Shown here piece after piece: positions 26,473 to 38,214 of a DNA stretch of 64,000 nt. The first letter of the stretch is position 1; every line of letters starts with the position of its first letter. A model generated the notes under the pieces. The model did no database searches, was not told the origin of the DNA, and saw only the letters and a list, made by a program, of their open reading frames with translations. This DNA is from an uncultured Burkholderiales bacterium (GTDB taxonomy: Bacteria > Pseudomonadota > Gammaproteobacteria > Burkholderiales > CAZDFJ01), in NCBI GenBank assembly GCA_964504875.1, contig CAZDFJ010000011.1, positions 45-64,044 on the forward strand. The letters are read 5' to 3'. Both the position numbers and the translations under genes were made by a program.

Positions 26473-27171
26473 GTGGACAAGGTACAAACTCAAGATTTAT
26501 CTTTATTTCATCTCATTTTAAATGCCAGTTTGGTTGTACAACTGGTGATGGGATTACTATTGGTTTTATCACTGGCTTCATGGTGGGTGATTTTCATGAA
26601 ATTTTCAGTGATTAATACCGCGCGAAATCTGTTTGATCGTTTTGAAACAGACTTTTGGGCGGGGCAAAATTTAATGAATTTATATGAACGTATTTCTGGC
26701 GGAAGCTATGACGGCGGAACCGGCGCCCGTCTATTTGAAGCAGGCTTTCGCGAATTTATTAAATTGCAAAAACATGTCGAAATCGACAGTGCGTCTATGA
26801 TGGATAGCATTCGTCGGGCGATGCGGGCAACATATCAACGCGAATTAGATAAATTAGATTCTAATTTGAATTTTCTCGCAACGGTTGGTTCTGTAAGTCC
26901 TTATGTAGGATTATTTGGGACAGTCTGGGGGATTATTCATGCTTTTCATGGCTTGTCTAATATGGCCCAAGCAACGTTGTCAGCCGTTGCTCCGGGGATT
27001 GCTGAGGCTTTGATTGCAACTGCTATTGGGCTTTTTGCAGCGATTCCGGCTGTGGTGGCATACAACCGTTTTTCGCACGATACTGACCGACTTGCAGTCC
27101 GTTATGAGAGTTTTATGGAAGAATTCTCAAATGTCTTGCAACGCCAAATCAGCAAAAAAGGTTCCTTATGA
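26473..27171 (+). CDS. tolQ: Tol-Pal system protein TolQ
   Basis: MotA/TolQ/ExbB family translation (SPYVGLFGTVWGIIHAF, APGIAEALIATAIGLFAAIPAVVAYN), first gene of tolQRAB-pal. I prefer the GTG start at 26473, preceded by aagaagg, to the TTG at 26437. Confidence 0.9.
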   Translation: MDKVQTQDLSLFHLILNASLVVQLVMGLLLVLSLASWWVIFMKFSVINTARNLFDRFETDFWAGQNLMNLYERISGGSYDGGTGARLFEAGFREFIKLQKHVEIDSASMMDSIRRAMRATYQRELDKLDSNLNFLATVGSVSPYVGLFGTVWGIIHAFHGLSNMAQATLSAVAPGIAEALIATAIGLFAAIPAVVAYNRFSHDTDRLAVRYESFMEEFSNVLQRQISKKGSL

Positions 27172-27617
27172 ACACCCGTCGTCCTCGTCGCGCAGTGAAT
27201 CAAATCAATGTGGTGCCCTATATTGATGTGATGCTAGTTTTGCTTATTATTTTTATGGTAACGGCGCCAATGTTACCTCCCGGGCAAATTGAGCTCCCTA
27301 AAGTAGGACAATCGCTGACGCCGCCATTGGCCCCGCTTGAAATCACCTTGACAAAAGAAGAATCCTATATTTTACGTGATTTAAGTCAGAAAAATACGGA
27401 ATTAATACGGGGTCAGGATTTGGGTCCAATTATTGCCCGCGTTCAAGAACAGCAACAACTGAAATCTGAGCAAGCAGTGGTCATTGCGGCTGATAAAGAA
27501 GTCCGTTATGAAAAAGTGATGAACATTATGGATGCGTTATATCAACATCAGATCAAGAAAGTTGGTTTATTGGCCCGTCCGAATCCAAGTACGGGTGCGG
27601 CTCATTCTAAAAAATAA
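27168..27617 (+). CDS. tolR: Tol-Pal system protein TolR
   Basis: 149 aa with INVVPYIDVMLVLLIIFMV, the ExbD/TolR signature. It overlaps the tolQ stop by 4 nt. Confidence 0.9.
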   Translation: MNTRRPRRAVNQINVVPYIDVMLVLLIIFMVTAPMLPPGQIELPKVGQSLTPPLAPLEITLTKEESYILRDLSQKNTELIRGQDLGPIIARVQEQQQLKSEQAVVIAADKEVRYEKVMNIMDALYQHQIKKVGLLARPNPSTGAAHSKK

Positions 27618-27629
27618 ATTTGCCAAAGT

Positions 27630-28529
27630 ATGAAAAGTGATCCAAAACGTTCAAGACAATGGAGCGCGTCCGAACAACCCAATAAAATTTTTGCGGGTAT
27701 TTTGGCCGTGCTGGTGCATGGTATTTTTATTGCATTATTAATGGTCAATGTGGATTGGCGGAATAAACAACCTGAAGAACAGCCGCTTGTAGCGCAAGTT
27801 TGGCAAAGTTTGCCTGATGCGCCAACTGTGACGCCATCCCCGCCTTCTCCACCGGAACCCATTCCTAGTGTGAAGCAATCTCCTCCTCCACCGCCTGTGG
27901 TCGCACCAGATATTGCATTGAAGGCGCCTAAACCGCATAAAGAACATAAAGAAAAACCTAAAGTAGAACCTAAGGAACAAGTTGTTAAGCCTTCTGTCAC
28001 AGAAAAAAAACATGTTCAAGTAGAGGCGCCTAAAAAAGTAGAAAATAAGAAAGAATCTGCGCCCCAGCCCGTTCATAAAGAAAAACCTAAAGCCCCGCTT
28101 CCGGATGCAAATCAGTTTTTATCTGAGACGACAAAAAGCCAAATTTTGGGGGATGTCGCAAAATTAGGGGCCCAAACTGGCGCGTCTCGGGGATCACAAG
28201 CAGGTACAGCGAATGCTGGCGCGGGGAAGAACAAAGCATTAATTGCGGAATATAAAGCTAAAATTCAGGCCAAAATTCGCCGGAATGTCAATCGTTCAGC
28301 CTGTACAGAATTGTCTAGCCCTGAAGTGGTCTTTTCTGTTGCGCTTTTGCCAAGTGGAGAGTTAAAAACCAATCCTCAATTGCGTAAAACGAGCGGGAGT
28401 CCTAGCTGCGATGATGCGGTAGAAGCAGCAATTCGTAAATCTGAGCCTTTGCCCTTGCCTCCCGCTGAAGCAGATTTATTCGATGAGTTCCGCCAGTTAT
28501 CTTTGCGATTTAAACCGACTGATCATTAA
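27630..28529 (+). CDS. tolA: Tol-Pal system protein TolA
   Basis: 299 aa with an N-terminal TM anchor, a Pro/Lys/Glu-rich spacer and a C-terminal TolA domain. It sits between tolR and tolB. Confidence 0.85.
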   Translation: MKSDPKRSRQWSASEQPNKIFAGILAVLVHGIFIALLMVNVDWRNKQPEEQPLVAQVWQSLPDAPTVTPSPPSPPEPIPSVKQSPPPPPVVAPDIALKAPKPHKEHKEKPKVEPKEQVVKPSVTEKKHVQVEAPKKVENKKESAPQPVHKEKPKAPLPDANQFLSETTKSQILGDVAKLGAQTGASRGSQAGTANAGAGKNKALIAEYKAKIQAKIRRNVNRSACTELSSPEVVFSVALLPSGELKTNPQLRKTSGSPSCDDAVEAAIRKSEPLPLPPAEADLFDEFRQLSLRFKPTDH

Positions 28530-28619
28530 AAATATGGAAAAATAAACAAAATCAGTCAAGTATGAATGTCAATAATTAACATGAATGATACAAAATAATC
28601 CTAGGAAGAGCGATACACT

Positions 28620-29969
28620 ATGTCTAAAAAAGAAAATGTATGGTCTCGTGCGGCTTTTCTCAAACACTTTAAAAAAGGCTTAGTTGCGTTAGTTGGGGGG
28701 CTTCTTGTTGCCGCCTCCGCACAAGCAGAATTAAGTATTGAAATCACAGGCGGGGGGAGCGCGGAAAGTAAATTGCCGATCGCCGTGGTGCCGTTTGGTG
28801 GTGAATTACGTTCTCAGTCACAGCAGGCTGTATCGCGCGTGATTCAGGCAGATTTAATGCGGAGCGGGCAGTTCCGCATGGTTGACAGCGTTGGCATTGC
28901 GCCTTTGCCCATCGATGCGAATCAAATTCGTTATCCAGAATGGCGGAATCGTGGTGCAGATTCTATTGTAGTTGGACAAGTCAAGCCTACTTCAGATGGG
29001 CGTTATGAAGTCCGTTTTCAATTAATGAATGCTACAAAACAAGTGCAATTAGCCGGGATGAGTTATGTGATTGAGTCCTCCCAATTTCGTGAAGTGGGCC
29101 ATAAAATTGCGGATGTAATTTACCAGAAATTGACAGGGGTTCCGGGAATTTTCAGTACGAAAATTGCATATGTTTTAAAACGCCCGACGAGTTACGCGTT
29201 ACAAATTGCTGACTCTGATGGATATAATGCCCGTAGTGTCATGTCTTCAAAAGAACCGATTATTTCGCCCGCATGGTCTCCAGATGGGACTCGGCTTGCC
29301 TATGTGTCTTTTGAAAAACGTCGTCCGATTGTGTACGTTCAATCTTTAAGTACAGGACAGCGTCAGATTGTTGCCAATTTTAAAGGGAGTAATAGCTCAC
29401 CTTCTTGGTCGAAAGATGGATCCCATTTAGCGATTGTGTTAACACGAGATGGCACATCGCAACTTTATACGATGAATGCATATGGGAGTGATCCTTCCCG
29501 TTTAATGCGAAGTGATGCAATTGATACTGAACCTGCTTGGTCTCCGGATGGTCGGACAATTATGTTTACGTCTGATCGAGGGGGCAGCCCACAAATTTAT
29601 AGTATCCCCAGTGATGGTGGTAGTGTTCACCGCATTACCTTTAAGGGAAATTATAATGTTTCGCCACAATACAGCCCGGATGGAAAAAATCTGGTTTATA
29701 TTCACAAGGAAGGCGGTAGTTTGACGGTTGTTTCACAAGATTTAAGTAATGGCCAAATACAAACATTAGTTGGAGACGGTTTAAATGAATCGCCTTCTTT
29801 TGCACCAAATGGAAAAATGATTTTGTATGCGACGGTGAATAAAGGACGTGGTGTTTTGGCTGCGGTATCGAGTGATGGGCAGGTTCATCAACGTTTAGTG
29901 TCTCCAGAAGGCGAAGTCCGTGAGCCAGCATGGGGTCCTTTTCCAGAAAATAATTTTCGGCAATTCTAA
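28620..29969 (+). CDS. tolB: Tol-Pal system beta-propeller protein TolB
   Basis: 449 aa with a signal peptide and repeated SP.WSPDG..L.Y/F propeller blades (PAWSPDGTRLAYVS, PSWSKDGSHLAIV, PAWSPDGRTIMFTS, PQYSPDGKNLVYI). Confidence 0.95.
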   Translation: MSKKENVWSRAAFLKHFKKGLVALVGGLLVAASAQAELSIEITGGGSAESKLPIAVVPFGGELRSQSQQAVSRVIQADLMRSGQFRMVDSVGIAPLPIDANQIRYPEWRNRGADSIVVGQVKPTSDGRYEVRFQLMNATKQVQLAGMSYVIESSQFREVGHKIADVIYQKLTGVPGIFSTKIAYVLKRPTSYALQIADSDGYNARSVMSSKEPIISPAWSPDGTRLAYVSFEKRRPIVYVQSLSTGQRQIVANFKGSNSSPSWSKDGSHLAIVLTRDGTSQLYTMNAYGSDPSRLMRSDAIDTEPAWSPDGRTIMFTSDRGGSPQIYSIPSDGGSVHRITFKGNYNVSPQYSPDGKNLVYIHKEGGSLTVVSQDLSNGQIQTLVGDGLNESPSFAPNGKMILYATVNKGRGVLAAVSSDGQVHQRLVSPEGEVREPAWGPFPENNFRQF

Positions 29970-30096
29970 TTTTGTATCAAGCAAAAAGTAAGTGTGACGG
30001 TTTATGGGGGCATTTACTTTTTGGTTGTTTAACTTTGATTGATAACGGCTAGACGTATCATTATTCAGATGATCAATATGAAAAGGAGTCACAATC

Positions 30097-30645
30097 ATGC
30101 GTTACAAAAAAACATGGGGTATTTTAGTTACAACTTTGTTTTTAACAGCGTGTGCTAGCACACAAAAACAACCTGAAGTCGCGCAACAACCTACAAATAA
30201 TGAAGGAAAAAATTTAGCGCTGACGGATGAAAATCCTGCTGCTAAGACAGAAGAATCGCGTCAAAATGCGGTTCAAGCCAATCCGTTTACAGATGCAAAT
30301 AGTCCGTTGTCACACAAAACTGTTTATTATGATTATGACAGTTCAAATATTCGCGATGAAGATAAACCGGTAGTCGAAGCGCATGCCCGTTATTTGATTA
30401 ACAACAAAGGTATAAAAATTACTTTGCAAGGGAATACAGATGAGCGCGGGAGTCGCGAATATAATTTAGCGTTGGGACAACGTCGAGCAGATGGCGTCAA
30501 AAAATTAATGACGGTTATTGGTGTGCCAGATAACCAAATTGATACAGTGAGTTACGGTGAAGAGCGTCCTATTGTGCCTGATCATAATGAAGAAGCTTAT
30601 GCACAAAATCGTCGGACTGACATTGTTTACCCTAATAATGAGTAA
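30097..30645 (+). CDS. pal: Peptidoglycan-associated lipoprotein Pal
   Basis: 182 aa with lipobox LTAC and an OmpA-like C-terminal domain (GNTDERGSREYNLALGQRRA). Confidence 0.95.
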   Translation: MRYKKTWGILVTTLFLTACASTQKQPEVAQQPTNNEGKNLALTDENPAAKTEESRQNAVQANPFTDANSPLSHKTVYYDYDSSNIRDEDKPVVEAHARYLINNKGIKITLQGNTDERGSREYNLALGQRRADGVKKLMTVIGVPDNQIDTVSYGEERPIVPDHNEEAYAQNRRTDIVYPNNE

Positions 30646-30648
30646 TCT

Positions 30649-31506
30649 ATGATTCGTTACAAATTTTGTGTTGGATTTTTGTTGTTGAGTATGAGTCTGT
30701 CAAGTTATGCTGGTTTTTTTACAGATGATGAGGCACATAAACAGATTGATATTTTACGTCAGCAATTAATTCAGCAACAACAACAGTTGACGACAGTAAC
30801 CAGTCGTTTAGAAAAAGCAGAAACATTATTGCAAGGGCAAGGCTTAATGGAATTGGCAACACAAATGGAATCGATTCGAAACGAATTGAGTCGTTTGCGC
30901 GGCCAAAATGAAGTCGCCTCTCATGATATTGAAGGCTTACAAAAGAAAATCAAAGATTTTTATGTTGATTTAGATGGGCGTCTGCGAAAATTAGAGTCAC
31001 GGGGCGGCACCAGCTCGTCATCGTCTTCCGGCTCTTCAAAAAGTACGGCGGTCACGTCAAGTAGTAATCTGAAATTGACAGAAGAAGCCTCTAGTACGAA
31101 TGCTAATGCCGCGCAAACCGCTGCGCCGACCGCTGCCGAAACAAAAATGTATGATGCGGCGTATGCCTTATTTAAAGCCGGCCAATATCAACCTTCAATG
31201 TTGGCATTTCAAAATTTTATTAAAACATATCCAAATAGTAGTTTAATTCCCAGTGCATTATATTGGGTTGGCAATGGTTTTTATAATCTCAAAGATTATC
31301 GATCAACAATTACGATTCAATTGCGATTAGTGCAACAATATCCTGACTCACAAAAAGCTCCGGATGCCTTATTGAACGTCGCAAGTGCATATCGGATGTT
31401 GAAAGATAAGAAAAATGAAAAAACGATTTACACAGAGCTAATTGATAAATATCCCAATACACCCGCTGCGGCGAAAGCAAAAGAACGTCTGAGTAAATTA
31501 AAATAA
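30649..31506 (+). CDS. cpoB: Cell-division coordinator CpoB (YbgF)
   Basis: 285 aa with a signal peptide, an N-terminal coiled coil, a Ser-rich linker and C-terminal TPR repeats (YDAAYALFKAGQY...ALYWVGNGFYNLKDY...). It lies immediately after pal. Confidence 0.85.
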   Translation: MIRYKFCVGFLLLSMSLSSYAGFFTDDEAHKQIDILRQQLIQQQQQLTTVTSRLEKAETLLQGQGLMELATQMESIRNELSRLRGQNEVASHDIEGLQKKIKDFYVDLDGRLRKLESRGGTSSSSSSGSSKSTAVTSSSNLKLTEEASSTNANAAQTAAPTAAETKMYDAAYALFKAGQYQPSMLAFQNFIKTYPNSSLIPSALYWVGNGFYNLKDYRSTITIQLRLVQQYPDSQKAPDALLNVASAYRMLKDKKNEKTIYTELIDKYPNTPAAAKAKERLSKLK

Positions 31507-31530
31507 ATTTTTATTTAATAAAATATGGAG

Positions 31531-31563
31531 TCCCTTCGCAACCAATGTGAAGGGATTTTTATT
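31531..31563 (+). terminator. Intrinsic terminator of the tol-pal-cpoB operon
   Basis: Stem tcccttc (31531-31537) / gaaggga (31549-31555), 11-nt loop, then tttttatt. It ends directly at the ATG 31564 of the next gene. Confidence 0.7.
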
Positions 31564-32352
31564 ATGTTTCCGTGGATTGATACGCATTGTCATTTGAATG
31601 CGGTTGAATTTGAAGCAGACCGGGATACTGTCCTCCTGCACTGTGCGCAGCAAAATGTTAAATCATTGATTATTCCTGCGGTCATACAAACAGAAATGTT
31701 GCCATTAGTTGATTTTTGTCGAAAAAAACAAGTTGTAAATTGTTTTCCTGCGCTCGGGTTGCATCCCATTTACATTGATCAACATCAAGAAAGTGCGCTT
31801 CTTTTTTTGCGCCAGTGGGTGCAAAAATATCAAACTGAACTCATTGCAATAGGTGAAATTGGGTTAGATTTCTATTTACCGCATTTAGATCGTTCGAAAC
31901 AAATTGAATTTTTCGTGTCACAATTAAAAATTGCCCAAGAATGTGATTTACCCGTTCTTGTGCATGCGCGGAAAAGTATCGATTTAGTTTTAAAATATAT
32001 TCGTCAGAGCAAAGTCAGAAAGGGCATTATTCATGCTTTTAATGGAAGTTTTGAGCAAGCAATGCGTTTGTACGACTTGGGATTTAAATTTGGCTTTGGG
32101 GGAACAGTGACGTATTCAAATGCAAGACATATTCATCAGTTAATAAAAACACTGCCGCTAGATAGTCTTGTGTTAGAGACAGATGCGCCGGATATGCCCC
32201 CTGCCTTTTTGGCGGGGGACAATCGGCGTCACTCCCCTGAGTTTTTACCTGCTATTGCTAAGGCTTGTTGTTTTCAGCGTGAAATATCACTGTCTGAATT
32301 TAATCAAGCAATTTATCATAATACTTGTGTGGTTTTTGACAAAATTTTTTAA
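31564..32352 (+). CDS. TatD-family metal-dependent hydrolase/deoxyribonuclease
   Basis: The start MFPWIDTHCHLN is the typical TatD-family opening. Later blocks are IGEIGLDFY, PVLVHAR and LVLETDAP. I chose the ATG at 31564 rather than 31525 because the upstream 39 nt form the terminator hairpin. Confidence 0.85.
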   Translation: MFPWIDTHCHLNAVEFEADRDTVLLHCAQQNVKSLIIPAVIQTEMLPLVDFCRKKQVVNCFPALGLHPIYIDQHQESALLFLRQWVQKYQTELIAIGEIGLDFYLPHLDRSKQIEFFVSQLKIAQECDLPVLVHARKSIDLVLKYIRQSKVRKGIIHAFNGSFEQAMRLYDLGFKFGFGGTVTYSNARHIHQLIKTLPLDSLVLETDAPDMPPAFLAGDNRRHSPEFLPAIAKACCFQREISLSEFNQAIYHNTCVVFDKIF

Positions 32353-32359
32353 AAGAGAA

Positions 32360-34016
<1,657 letters not shown>

Positions 34017-34088
34017 TCATACATGACATCTTTTTCTGGATAAAAATTTCAAAAGCTTAATAAAAAAATCAATATGCTTTAAGATGAA

Positions 34089-34673
34089 TTAATCTGTATA
34101 CTCAAAGACTTTAATGACTTCTGATACACCAACAGTCGTACTTGCCCAATAGGCGGCATCTTTGCCTTCTTGGCGCGTCACCAAGCCCATGAGGTAAACA
34201 ATGCCATTTTCAGAAACCACTTTAATATGATTGGCTTTGAAACTGGTTGCATCAAACATACGGGCTTTCACTTTGGACGTTAAAAAACTATCATGGCTTC
34301 GTGTTGCAAACGAAGAATTTGCCCCGAATCGAAGCTCATTGACCACATGTTTGACGTTTTTTAAACCATAGGCCATGCTAGTAATGGCTTGTTTTGATTG
34401 ATCATTAGGGACCTCTCCTGTGATCAAGACCATATGATTATAGGATGTCACGTTGACATGGACACTATTTGAAAAATACGTGCTAATTTTTTCAGAGAGT
34501 TTAAATTCAATTCCTTCGTCGTCAAGCGCTGTACCGGGCGTTCGACGATCATCAGCAACAACAACCGCTGTTGCGCCCACGCCGGTCGCGACCAACGGCG
34601 CACACGCAGTAAGATGAAATGAAGTCACACTCAAAAGAATGAGCGGGAGCCATTTTTTGTTTAAATTTAACAT
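34089..34673 (-). CDS. dolP: Dual-BON-domain outer-membrane lipoprotein DolP (YraP)
   Basis: Lipobox LTAC after a signal segment and two BON-type repeats. It lies directly downstream of the diaA-like gene, as in E. coli diaA-dolP. I chose the ATG at 34673. Confidence 0.8.
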   Translation of the reverse strand: MLNLNKKWLPLILLSVTSFHLTACAPLVATGVGATAVVVADDRRTPGTALDDEGIEFKLSEKISTYFSNSVHVNVTSYNHMVLITGEVPNDQSKQAITSMAYGLKNVKHVVNELRFGANSSFATRSHDSFLTSKVKARMFDATSFKANHIKVVSENGIVYLMGLVTRQEGKDAAYWASTTVGVSEVIKVFEYTD

Positions 34674-34708
34674 GATCTTGCCCCCTATCAAAATCATTAT
34701 GATTGCTA

Positions 34709-35353
<645 letters not shown>

Positions 35354-35534
35354 TTATGTCAAATAAAAGAAGGGGAAGCGAGTATAAATCTTATTAATTT
35401 TCAATAATTTCATGAGAAAATTAATCAAAATTAAGGTCACTTAGATTTAAAAATGTTTCTTTATTTTTATGATTTTATCATGCTCAGTCAAAAATCAGGC
35501 GTCATCTTGTTTTCTTTTTCGAAAGCCAAAGCAA

Positions 35535-35960
35535 TTAATAATTCAAGGTATCATATTCTTTTTCATTGGAAAAGCGGCCGATGAGTTCAATGCTGACTTG
35601 ATTGGGCAAACATAAAGCCACTTCTCCGGCTCGTGTCAACCAACCTTGTTGGACACAATATTGACGTGGACTCGGATCAGAAAAAACCCGGGCTTTTTGT
35701 GCGGTGATTTCAATAATACTCAGGCCAAGCGGACCTTTTACAGAAATAAATTGATGTTTTTCAAGAGGAAGCGTCGAAATAACTTGGCCTTGTTTTGAAA
35801 TGTTTACAGCAATAGGAATATTTTTTTGCCAAAAAAAAGCGTAAAGAAAAATTAGTCCGATAAGGCTAATAAAAATGATAATGAAATCACCTAGCTTAAA
35901 AAGCGAACGAATTTCACCCCATTGAATGGTTAGGATGCTTGTTTTTAAACGGGTCCACAT
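35535..35960 (-). CDS. NusG domain II-containing (DUF1312) membrane protein
   Basis: 141 aa with an N-terminal TM segment, then ...YCVQQGWLTRAGEVALCLPNQVSIELIG, which matches the C..C...G.I...G....CLP block of the NusG_II family. Its start overlaps the rapZ stop by 16 nt. Confidence 0.65.
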   Translation of the reverse strand: MWTRLKTSILTIQWGEIRSLFKLGDFIIIFISLIGLIFLYAFFWQKNIPIAVNISKQGQVISTLPLEKHQFISVKGPLGLSIIEITAQKARVFSDPSPRQYCVQQGWLTRAGEVALCLPNQVSIELIGRFSNEKEYDTLNY

Positions 35961-36865
35961 AATGAAACCGTTTCTTTGAGTGTTCGGTGGCGGGAAAAGA
36001 CAGGAATTTCTAAAGTTTTTGCAAAATGTTGTGTGAGTTTTTCAACCAAATAGACCGAGCGATGTTGTCCACCCGTACAGCCGATTCCAATGGTGACATA
36101 GTTACGTTGGTCGCGGATAAATTCAGGAAGCCATTTTGTGATAAACTTTTGGATATCTAAAAACATCTCTTCAACGCGGGGTTGTTGCTGAAAAAAAGTG
36201 ATAACAGGAAGATCGCGTCCTGTCAGGGGACGTAAGATGGGATCATAATAAGGATTGGGCAAACAACGCACATCAAAGATAAAATCCGCATCTTGTGGAA
36301 TGCCATGTTTGAATCCAAAAGACTGAAAAGAAAGGGTTAAATTGGCTTGCTCTACTTTAACGAAACTCCGAATCCAATTACGCAATGTATGGGCACTTAA
36401 TGTTGTGGTATCAATTGCATACGCAATAATGCGCATGGGTTCGAGTAATTCCCGTTCACGACGAAGACAATTAGGTAAATCGCCCAAGTAAGCATTAAAA
36501 TCTTCTGGCGGAATCGCGCCGGTTTGCATCATTTGAAAATGACTAAGGGGATGCCGGCGACGGGTTTCGCTAAATCGTTGAATTAATGTTTTTTCTTCGG
36601 CAGTCAAAAATAAGACTTTAATATCAATTTGCAGTTGTTCACGTAAGCTTAAAATATGTTGCGGGAGCGCTTCAATCCCTTGTGGGGTGCGAACGTCAAT
36701 ACTAATTGCGGCGCGTTGATAATTTAATTCTTTCAAAAAATGAATCATTTCAGGCAAGAGTTTGCTTGGAAGATTATCAACACAATAAAAGCCGCAATCT
36801 TCAAGGACTTTAAGCGCCACACTTTTTCCTGAGCCAGATAAACCACTGATTAGAATTATTTGCAT
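35945..36865 (-). CDS. rapZ: RNase adapter protein RapZ (YhbJ)
   Basis: P-loop ISGLSGSGKSVALKVLED, C-terminal GCTGGQHRSV block. The start is uncertain (ATG 36865, 36883 or 36919). Confidence 0.9.
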   Translation of the reverse strand: MQIILISGLSGSGKSVALKVLEDCGFYCVDNLPSKLLPEMIHFLKELNYQRAAISIDVRTPQGIEALPQHILSLREQLQIDIKVLFLTAEEKTLIQRFSETRRRHPLSHFQMMQTGAIPPEDFNAYLGDLPNCLRRERELLEPMRIIAYAIDTTTLSAHTLRNWIRSFVKVEQANLTLSFQSFGFKHGIPQDADFIFDVRCLPNPYYDPILRPLTGRDLPVITFFQQQPRVEEMFLDIQKFITKWLPEFIRDQRNYVTIGIGCTGGQHRSVYLVEKLTQHFAKTLEIPVFSRHRTLKETVSLCGPV

Positions 36866-36923
36866 ATTGTTCTCACTGCTCATAAATGGATCATCTTTAA
36901 TGATGTGATATAAAGTCATTATT

Positions 36924-37472
36924 CTATGACATTTTTGTGAAAAAAAAATGTCGTCTTAAAAAAGTCGTTTCGCTATTTTTGCCTTCTTTTTGTAATTGAA
37001 ATTGACGCGTTAAGATTTCTGCCCAAAGCGCAAGTTGGGGGGTTAAATGAATTGAAAAGCAATATTGGGGAATATTTTGATCTAATGCTCGATATGTATA
37101 AGTCGGCAAATGAAGGGCATTCAACGTCTGCGCATCAGGGGGAGAATCTTCTAAATGCAAATTAAAATCAATGATATAGTGAGAAAGGCAACTTTGTTCG
37201 CCAAAGAGATCTGTAACTTTGAGCAAGCCGAGTCCTTTGACATGAAGAAAATCAAAAAGCATATCCGGACAACGCCCGATCAGCTGCTGATGCTCGCTAT
37301 AAATTTCAACGATGTCATCTGCAATTAAATGATGTCCACGACTCAACAAATCAAGGGCGAGCTCACTTTTTCCGATGCCGCTGCGGCCTGTAATCAGAAC
37401 GCCAGAGTCATGGATTTTCACGAAGACGCCATGTTGTGTATAAATAGATTGGCTTTGCATGCAAGATGACAC
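36924..37472 (-). CDS. hprK: HPr kinase/phosphorylase, short form (catalytic domain only)
   Basis: 182 aa with HGVFVKIHDSGVLITGRSGIGKSELALDLLSRGHHLIADD, the P-loop region of the HprK C-terminal domain. There is no N-terminal domain. Confidence 0.8.
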   Translation of the reverse strand: MSSCMQSQSIYTQHGVFVKIHDSGVLITGRSGIGKSELALDLLSRGHHLIADDIVEIYSEHQQLIGRCPDMLFDFLHVKGLGLLKVTDLFGEQSCLSHYIIDFNLHLEDSPPDAQTLNALHLPTYTYRALDQNIPQYCFSIHLTPQLALWAEILTRQFQLQKEGKNSETTFLRRHFFFTKMS

Positions 37473-37487
37473 GCTATTAATATAAAA

Positions 37488-38195
37488 TTAAGGCACCTGA
37501 ACTCCACTCATTCTACCACGAATAATGGCGGTTTTGTGACGAAGTCCTTTTGTATTGCGATGTGAATCATAAAAGCGCGGATTAGGAACCATAGAGGCGA
37601 GTTTTGCGGCTTGATCCGGTGTAATTTGCGTTGCATTGGCCCGATAATAATGCTTTGCGGCGGCTTGTGCGCCAAAGACACCATTGCCCCATTCAATGAC
37701 ATTGAGATAAATTTCTAAAATTCGTCGTTTACTGAGGGTATTTTCAAGCATAATTGTAATGACGGCTTCTTGTAATTTCCGCAATGGATTTTTGCTAGCC
37801 GATAGAAAAAGATTTTTGGCCAATTGTTGACTAATCGTTGATCCCCCTGCCACAATCCGTCCTTTTTTGATATTTTGTTCATACGCATATTGAATGCCTT
37901 CAATATCAAAGCCGTCATGATCAAGAAATTTGGCATCTTCCGCGGCAATCAAAGCCCGTTTTAAATGATTAGAGATGCGATTATAGTCTGTCCATTGGTA
38001 CTGAATTTTAGGATCGACTGTAGGATTATCTTGACGCATTTCATCCAATCGAATGCTCATAAAAGAGGTCATTTCTGGATTATGATTAATCAACCAAAGG
38101 ACATTAATATAAACCCAGGCTTGATATAATAATACCCCGCCTAATACCAATCCGACTATCCCAGCAAAAATGAAAAAACCAGATTGTTTCCGCAT
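37488..38195 (-). CDS. mtgA: Monofunctional peptidoglycan glycosyltransferase
   Basis: 235 aa with an N-terminal TM segment and the GT51 motifs RALIAAEDAKFLDHDGFD, GGSTISQQLAKNLFL and KRRILEIYLNVIEWGNGVFG. Confidence 0.9.
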   Translation of the reverse strand: MRKQSGFFIFAGIVGLVLGGVLLYQAWVYINVLWLINHNPEMTSFMSIRLDEMRQDNPTVDPKIQYQWTDYNRISNHLKRALIAAEDAKFLDHDGFDIEGIQYAYEQNIKKGRIVAGGSTISQQLAKNLFLSASKNPLRKLQEAVITIMLENTLSKRRILEIYLNVIEWGNGVFGAQAAAKHYYRANATQITPDQAAKLASMVPNPRFYDSHRNTKGLRHKTAIIRGRMSGVQVP

Positions 38196-38214
38196 GATAG
38201 ATATTCTCGCTTTT

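Noticed and set aside
27602-28076. Two minus-strand ORFs (132 aa and 112 aa) antisense to tolA
   Set aside because: Their Gly/Arg-rich low-complexity translations are produced by the complement of the Pro/Lys-rich TolA spacer. There are no motifs, and tolA on the plus strand is strongly supported by operon context.
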